Part shown: positions 54,001 through 63,000 of the stretch, piece by piece | Layout of the letters: the number at the start of each line of letters is the position of its first letter | Position numbering within the stretch: the stretch's first letter is position 1 | Origin: an uncultured Planctomycetia bacterium | GTDB lineage: Bacteria > Omnitrophota > Gorgyraeia > Tantalellales > Tantalellaceae | Length of the DNA stretch: 64,000 bases | Assembly: GCA_964409365.1 (NCBI GenBank) | Contig: CAYPCX010000008.1 | Location: 265-64,264, forward strand | Direction of reading: 5' to 3' | Made by a program: the position numbers and the translations under genes | The notes under the pieces: generated by a model | The model's input: the letters and a program-made list of their open reading frames with translations, nothing else | The model's database searches: none | What the model was told of the DNA's origin: nothing

Positions 54001-57000
54001 TAATCATCCAAAGATCTCGGATGTATCTTCTCGCGCGCGGCTATTATTTTTTGCACTTCATCCAGGCCCACTTTCTCCCGCAATTTGTATATAGCATTTA
54101 TCACGACCGCGTTCATGAAACCGAACATCGGGCAGAGGTTCTCCTTGAAATAAGCCGTATTGAAAGATAAAACGCCTCCCTCATTCATGGCGGAATACAC
54201 TTCCCGGAACACATCCTCATAATCATCTATAAGGTGCATGCCGTTGAAGCAGATCCACACGTCAACAGGTTCAGCCACTTTCTCCGCGAACTCCTCGGCC
54301 ATTCCCTGCACGAACGTTATCCGCCTGTCGCCCCTGAACCTTTTCTTTGCCTCTTCCAGGGATGTTCTATCGGGCTCCAAAGCGGTAACACTGGCCTGGT
54401 CACCCAGACAAGGAAGAAGCACACCTAAAGACCTGCCTGTCCCGGTCGCGACTTCGGCAACATGGCCGTTTTCGCCTTCTATCTCGGCAAGTTTGATAAG
54501 TTCTCTGTTGTTATCATCGCTCCATTCAGCGCCCGCGAACTTGTCATAACCGGACGGCTTCGCAACCTCGTCCTTGCCTTGCCGCGTTATCAGCGCATAC
54601 ACGTCCTTCCCCAGCGTAGCAAAAGTTAAACCTGTCATACCTCCCGCTACCGCAAAACATATGAACACCAGAACACATCCGGCAAGACTGATCGGATAGC
54701 TGCTGCAAAAATAATAAACAGCCCCTACCCCGGACGCCAATGCCAGAAGAAAAGCGAAAATGCCTCCCCGGGTCCCAACGGAGATCTTGAAAGACGCTAT
54801 CTTCTTCCACGGCATCTTCCACGCCAGAAGGATAGCCGCCGCAAGTGCCGCTACTATACCCAGCACCTGAGCGCCGAGAGCGACCACGGCGATAGTAATG
54901 ACAGATAGCCCCCCGAGAAGTTCGAGAAGAGTAACTCCCCGGATCTTTTTGGTTTCCCTTTTCTTGCTCACATCAACTATTAAGATCCCCTCCTCGTCGG
55001 GTTTGGACAGAACGGTTTTGGCCCCTGATGACACAGCGCAAGAGTGGCCCCTTTCAAACCGATCCGGACGATCACGATACGCGATATCTTCAGGTTTGAC
55101 CGCCGTATTCACGAATATCGCCGTTGTTTTGCAATCATTGCTGAGCTTTTCCACCCGTGATTGGCCCTCGGAAGGTATCGTCGAAGAAGGAACTATTATT
55201 AGATCGGCTTTACGCGCATCCCTTGACACTTGTAAATAAGCCGCCTTATCCGCGATTATGCGGTCGGACTCCATGCAAATAAGAGCACAAACCTTGTGAC
55301 CTTTTAATGTAAACCTGCGGTCCTCTGATTCGTGGGAGAATTTTGTGAACTTCTTGGCCCCGCCCATTGTCCGGATGACATAATACGTGATATCCAACCC
55401 TGAATTCACCAGACTGAATCCCAAAGCTATACCCGTCTCACTGGCCACTTTCGTTAAAGCGGACACCCTTTCTTTCTCTTCTTCTTCGGTCCTCAGAGAA
55501 CCCCGGTCCAGGAGCTCAGGGAAAAGCACCAGATCAGGGGCGTTTTCCTTGAATCTTGTTTTCAACGACTTAACTATAGCTGCCATCCTCCGGGTATTAT
55601 CCCCAAAATCTCCTCTCTCGATCTGTGCGCACGCTACCCTTAATCCCCTCTTTCTGACCCCGCCTTTCAGTTCAACAGGGGGGACCAGGCCGGGATACTC
55701 CTCTTTCTGCTCTTCATCCTCTCCCGCGAGCCTTCTCCACTTCTTTTCTTCCTCTTTATTGGTAGTATCTACGAAAAACCCCCGGGGGAAATTCCCTGCG
55801 GCCAGGACCATCATCGAAAGAATACCGAGCATAAATATCGTCATGGGCCATCCTGTCCCGAATCCCGCCATCAATTCGCCGGCGGGCGCGGCCTGCCCGC
55901 CGGATGAGAGCGCTTTAGCCGCTATTCCAATGGTGGCTGCCGCCGCGATGAACATCCCGAGAACAACATTATCGTCATCATCTTCTTCTTTTTCTTCTTC
56001 TTTGAGATCTTCCGCATAAACGGTCGTGAGTATGAAATGCGCCGTCCATTTCACGTATTGTGCCGCTTCATACGCCTCATCATACCCTTTGCCCATATTG
56101 TCTATCGCCTTATTGGACATCTTTTCAAGGCCGGCCAGCTTCTCTCTGGCGTCCTCAAGGACGTTCTCCAGGCCTGCCCTGTTCATGCTCCAGATATCAT
56201 CCTTGCTGAAAGCGAAACCTGTTAGTTTCTCTTCCGCACGGGCAGCACTCTTGGCTTTTCCGGGTCTTTCCCGTTCCAACCTGGCATCAACTATACTTAA
56301 CTGGTCATCGACCAGGCTTTGTATTTTCGCGAATTGTTCATCGGCCTTCATCCAGGCGATCAACCCCTTACCCAGATCAAGCATCTTTAAAGCGTGGCTG
56401 TAATGCTCGGCTGCTTTTTCAGGGTCGTTATCCCGGACGGCGTCACCGCGTTCTTTCTCTCCCACGACATCCTGCTCTAACCTCTCCAACTGTTCGGTCT
56501 TTCCATCGTCATTCTGTGACGACCAGGAAGTAACGCTTTTAAGGTCTGATATCACTATCGGCGGCTGTCCGTTGGAAACACGCTCTTTATTAGACTCGGC
56601 CAGCAGGCTCTTCAATGTATATGGCGCGCATCCCATCCTCGCCATCATTTTCCTCGCGATGGCCGTACCTTCATATTCAGCGCTCACTTCCTGATACGCT
56701 TTATTGAACCTCTTGACCGTAAAGTGCTTCCTGCTGAATACAGGCGCGGGGAGACCTTCTTCTTTACGTCTTTTTTCATCTTCTTCTATTAACCTTGCGA
56801 GGACCACATCGTTGACACCCAAAGCCTTCTTTATCTTTGCCTGCATGGGATAGTCCCCTTCTTTTTCCAGTATTTCCTCATACACCTTCCTGAAGTCATC
56901 GACCGTCAGCGGTGCTCCCCATTCCCGTGCCGGTAAGAAAGTCGTAAGGGCCACCAGCGCAATCACGTTGAGAGGGCCGAGCATATTACAGAGCACGTAA

Positions 57001-60000
57001 AGAAGCTGGAAGAGACATCCTGAAACAAACGCGAATATCCCCACCTGGATGGAATACACAAGGAGATTGCTTTGCAGCCACCGGGGCAGTTTGAACTTTT
57101 CCTGGAGCCAGTCGATGATCTTGTGGGTCCATTCGTGGGGGAGGTCGATAAGTTTTCCCAATATGGAATCGTCCTTATCCAGTTTGATCTTTTTCGTTCT
57201 AAGATCAAAAGACGCGGTCTCGCGGCGGTCAAAGAAAACGGAAAAACCTCTTTTTTGGGGAATCGCGTGCGTCGGCGTCGACTCAACGATAGGTATATCC
57301 AGAGCGCCGCTCTCTATTGCCCCGCTTACAAGAAGCAAGAATCCGGCCAGGCCAAACCCGATCCAAATGGCCGGGTGCAAGTTCCAACTCGCGGCATAAA
57401 TAGCACATAACCCCGGCACGACCGCGACCCAAACATCAAATGCAAATGCCGGGACGCGTATCATAGCATCCGTATCCAGGTTCATGCGGCCTATCATCGC
57501 TCTCAAAAAGAGCAGCACTCCCGCCGCGCCGAGCCCGACCGATACGGCCGGGTGCAACCCTAATACTATGGAAAGAACGGAAAGAGTCCCCGCAGCAAGA
57601 CCTGCCCGCGCCGCGCCCCGGATGGTGGATTTCTGCTCCCCTCCCATCTTTTTTTTCAATCTTTCTATTCCGGCTGCGACTTTTTTCCGCTCTTCTGTTT
57701 CAGCCATTTTCTGTTCTTCTACCCTTGCAACTTCTTCCAGACAAATAGCTTTTTCTTTTTCCGGCAGTCTTTCAACAAGAAGTCTGATCTGATCAGCCGT
57801 CTCTCTTACAGCATCTTCCGCCACAAACTTCCCGCCACTGAGACTGTTTAATTGTTCCCTTATTGTTCTCAAATTTTTGTTTTTATTGACTTGCCTTATC
57901 TCTTCGTCTTTTTGATCTTTTTCTTTTTCGGCTTCGTCGATCAGGTGTTCTATGTCTTCCGGTATCCTCAACTGGCGCAAACAAGCAATGCAAGCTTCAA
58001 TCTCTTTAGCCTTTTCCCGGAGTTCTCCCCATGGGTCTTCCCCGTCCGGATCGATCTTTCGAACATCATTCCGCAAAAACTCTAACCTTAATAATGCTTC
58101 ACCTATCTTATGCATCCTGATCTCTTTGCCTTTTCGGTCTTTTTCGATCACGGCTTCATGCACGGCTTCACGAACCAGACGATTACTTCTCACAAATCCA
58201 AACTGGCGCAAACAAGCAATGCAAGCTTCGATCTCTTTAGCCTTTTCCTGAAATTTCTCCTCCGAGCCCTCTTCTGCCGGATCGATCTCTTGAACATCTT
58301 TCCGCAAAGTCTTTACCTTTGAGAATGCTTTACCTACCTTATTCATCCTGTCTACTTCAGCTTGCAGTTTCTCCTCCATTTCAGCCGCTTTACCGGGATT
58401 GAACGCCGATAACTTTTTCAGCGCTTCCCTGGCCTCACCGACCTGAGGCAGTGAACCATAATCCTCTTCTGTTATCACAGAAGACATCATGCTCATGGGC
58501 ATGTTAACTTTATTCAGAAGCTCTTTATATCCGGTGCTGCTCTGCTCGAATCGTTTCGTGAGAGCCTCTTCGGTCATCATAGACAAGTTGTTCGAATCGC
58601 GTTCTGAGGCAGGTTTGCTTTCCCCGTTGGCCTGGAGAGCGTTTTCGATCCCCTGCACCACGTCATCTATTTCGGAAAGTTTCCGGTTCACCTCGGCCAT
58701 GGCTGCCGCGGGATCCTTCTTATAATTTGCCAATAATCTATTCTTAGCCTTGCCGACTTTTTTCCCGGTTTCTGTTTCTTTAGCCGTCTGTTCGGCGAAC
58801 TTTTCCAGGGATTGCCCGATATCGGAACAGGCTTTGATCTCTACATACGCTTGTTTCGTTTTTTCGGCTGCCTGTTTCAATCGCCCTAAAAGTCCGTACA
58901 TGCGCGCACAGACAATATCGGCATACATCTTTGCCAATCCATCCTCACCGGTAAATTCGGGAACAGTGTGACCGGTTTCCTGTTCCAATCTCCCTATGCC
59001 GCTTTCCAGCATCTTGGCAACCCCGGACCCGCCGTTCACCAGCCCGGCTTCATTTATCGAAAGTACCGCGGATAACAGTGTCTTTGCTTCTTCCCCGCTC
59101 CTTTCGTTCATATATGAGGTTGTGTCTTCTTCTATCATTTCCGGGGATAACAGCAAAGCCTCCCTCAGCTCTCTGGCAATCTGCCTCTGATCTTTGCTTC
59201 CTGAAGCGACCATGCTATCAACGAGACACAATGACACTAAGGTCCACATGCGCTCCTGCCACGACCCTTCTCCCTCCAATACCGGCGGTGAGGAGGCAGC
59301 CAACTGTTCCAGACGCCTGATGTCATCCTCTTTTTGCCCAAACCTTGAAGATATCCTGGTAAATTGTTCTTCGCTGATAACGAATTCGCCTCTTTCATCG
59401 ACGGCGACAAGCGCGCGGATCAGCGGGGTCCAGATCCTGGAACTCTCGCTATGGATCAATGACTGGGAAAAGGCGTCCAGCCGTTCCTGCTGGGGACCCG
59501 TCAAATGGAACCAGTTCCACTCTGCAGCAAGCTTTTGCCCCGGGCTCAATTCTGCCGATTTTTCCGCGGCGGTGGATCCATCCTCGGAAACCGGTTCCTC
59601 GGCGGCAGGCTCTTCTGCGGCAACCGGGGCATCCTCTGAATCGGCGCCTGCATCGGCCGTGCCTTCATCCTCAACCGCTTTTTCCGCTTCATCCGGCGAG
59701 GCTGGTGAAGCCACTTCATTAGCCTCGTCCTCGGGGATTATGGGCTCTCCGTCCGCGGCGACCAGCTCCACGCTTTTATCTTCCACGAAATAATCGGGTA
59801 TTCCGAAAAACCTCTCCACCAGGGCTTCCGTGACCCTGACATGGACCAGGTGCCTGAAAATGTCAAAACCGAACCTGTCAAAAGCCGCCCCGTTACCCAG
59901 GAGATTATCGGCTTCCTTGCCCAGATCTTCTACAACTTCCGCGACGATCTCCTTGTGGTCCACGACCTCCTGGAGATACTTGCCCAGGGCGCCTTCCAGG

Positions 60001-63000
60001 TATTCTTTCTTGAGCCGCTCAAGTGCCTCCTCGGCCTCAGCCCCTTCCAGCTTCCGGTCTGCCAACTCCTGCAATTCCGTTTCCACCTGCTTTAGATCCG
60101 GGTTATCGCTGGAGTGGAAACCCTCCAGGACGCCTTTCACGAATATGATCATATCCGTAAAACGATCCTTTGAAACAAGCTCATTTTTCCGTAACTGTTT
60201 GGCCCCTATTTTCTCGGGGTCATCCCTGGACGGCACAAGAATCAATACGGTCCGGCCTTCCGCGAGATCATAAAGGTCTCCCATCGAGGGCATGCCCGAG
60301 AAATACCCCCTTCTCACTACTACGTCGGGCTCTCCCTCGACCTCCCTGTCGGTCCTGTCCTTGACCGAAGCGCAGTTAATGTTCGTCCTTTTTTCCATCA
60401 ACTCAAGTTCGCCACTGTCACGGGCGGCAAGGTACATGCTGCATCCGACCGGCGGCGATGCTCCCATACTGAAACCATTTCTCCACAAGAGGTCCGAAAA
60501 ACCGTCACTTGTTTCCTGGAACTGATACGCCCAGACAAAATCATCCGGATATGTTGCAGTGTATGATTCGGTCTCTTTTTCATTGATGAATTCTCTCATC
60601 AGGAAATACGAATAATACCTTATATACTCGCGAAGATCGTACAAGCATATGTTAAAACTGCGCATGGTCTCGTTATCGAAAGGCACCTCTTTATAGAGTT
60701 CAAGTTCCTCCCGCGCGTTTCCCGCGAACTTCCTGACGGCCGCATGTGTATAAAACAGGAACTGCAGCGTTATCGCCTTGTGCACGTTATCCGGACGGGC
60801 GCCTTGTTCCTTGAGAGCACCACTGAGCTTATCAAGCATCTGCTGGGGCCTGTCGCTGACAACGCGGGACATACCTTTAAGGATATCGCGGTTTTCTTCA
60901 CATGAGAACGGCTTCAACCCCTGTGACAGCTCTTCCATCTCGCGGGCCAGCACGCTGTCGACCTGGTCGGTCTGCTCCTGTAAACTTTCGAGTAACGTAC
61001 TCTTCGCTCTTACCACTTCTTCCCGGGACATTTTCCGCGAGGGATCCGCGGTGATCTTACGCGCTTCCCACACGAACGGCGCTGATACTATCGCCTGCTT
61101 AACGTGATCTTTGATCCCACCGAGCAACCTTTCAGCTTCCCCGGGATGCACGCCTTGTCCGATAAACCCCTCTTTAAGGGCATCGATCCTCTCCTGGATA
61201 GCGTTCGGGGAGCGAGCCCTGTCTTTCTCGATGACTTCCATCCTTTTATCCAGCATATCGATCGTCTCTTCCAGCGTGTAATAAGCCCTGTGCCATTCAT
61301 GCAATTCGTGAAATCTATAGAAAAGTTTGAAGACCTCGTTGTCATCATCCATGGGAGCCCCGGCGTTCTTTAAGGAATCGCGGGTGAAATCCGAGTATGC
61401 GTCAACGTAAAAATCTTGGGTCGCTTGTCTGAACTTTCCGAATTCCTTTTCACAAGAGAGACCCGCCAGCGCTCTTTCCTTGAAAGCAAGGTATGCCAGC
61501 CACAGCTTTCCGCCCTTTTCCTTGTCTATCGTTTCCGGCAACTGTTCGGCAAGAGCGGGCGCGATAGAACGCAGCTCTGACAGCGACCCGTTCATCTCTG
61601 ACAAAAGGTTGTCCAATCTCCGGGTCAATAAGTCCCTGTCCGTGGCATATATTTCCACGTCCATCCAGATATGTGACGCACATGTGGCGATCTCATGCCA
61701 GTATCTTTTGCATTCGGTGATCACCCTTTCCACGTCCTTGATCAATTTGTCGCCCCCTTTGACCGATCCGGATATCTTTTTCCTCAGCTGGTCCATCTCA
61801 TCTTGTATATCCTTGAAACACGTCCCGGGCTCGAGCCGGTCATGGAGTTGAAAATATATCTGTTTCGGCTCGTGGACAAAACTCTCCCATTCTTCGATAA
61901 AAGGAGCGAACCTGAAAACGTATACCACGGTCCCGCCCTGATGAGACAAACTGTAATCCATCGGTCCGCCGAACGCCTCGATAGGCACCTCGATCACACC
62001 GGGCTCACCGCTGACCACTACCCAGAAACCGTCATTTCCCCCATACGAATATATCCCCGGTTTAGGTAATGTCCCGTCCCAGGAGGATATCATCTCCTCT
62101 TTTATCTCCTCCCAGACGCCCTCGGCAAGCCTCAAGGTCCTCTTCTCTTCCTGCCTTAATACCGGTACGACCTCTTCCGCCCTGTATCCCGGCCGGGCAT
62201 AATAAAGGTAGGGGAATTTTTCCCTATATTTTTCTTTCATATTATCGGATAATCCCGCCGTGACCGCATCAAGAAGGATGCCGGGCTTTGCCAGCACGTA
62301 ATCGATACCCGCTTTGGCTCTGCCCTCAGAGTAAAGCGTGACAAACTCGATATTCCCGTTGGCATCTCTGGCGAGCTTTCCACCTGTGATCAGCCTCCCA
62401 CAGCGCGCCGGGTCGTATATGGGCCTTTTCCTTTCACTGTCCCAGAGGTAGAAATGAAGCACCCTTTTTTCTTCATCGGACATGCCCCTCCTGCCGGGCA
62501 TGTCGATCTTGTAACCCTCCTTCATGGTGACCTCTATATATGAAGGGTATAATCCGCGGGCGGGAATGACCTTAAGCGAATCTATATGCTCGTCTTTCAG
62601 TATCCGCGCCATCTCTTCGGGGCTCAGGCTGGGCGCAAAACCGCATTCCTCAAAGAACCGCGTCGTCGCGGGTGAAGGCAAACCTTTACTCTCCTTTGAC
62701 CTGGACACCACTATGTTATAGTTGATATTCTCTTCTTCGAACGGCCTTCTCATCATCTTGTCTATGAACTCTTTCCTGTTTTCTTTTATTTCAGGGTCGT
62801 CTTCCGGCCTTTCCTCAAGCCCTCTTCTTATCATGTCATGCAACCGTTCTTTTTCTCCGTCATCCCTGCCGCAGGCGCGAGAGGCTGTCTTGGCCGAGTC
62901 GAGGTAAAGAAATCCGTAGTCCAGTCCGCAAAGCAACGCTCTCTCATCCCGCACAAGGGCAACTATCCTCTGGTGATCCTCCTCGCCGGTAAACTGCGCG

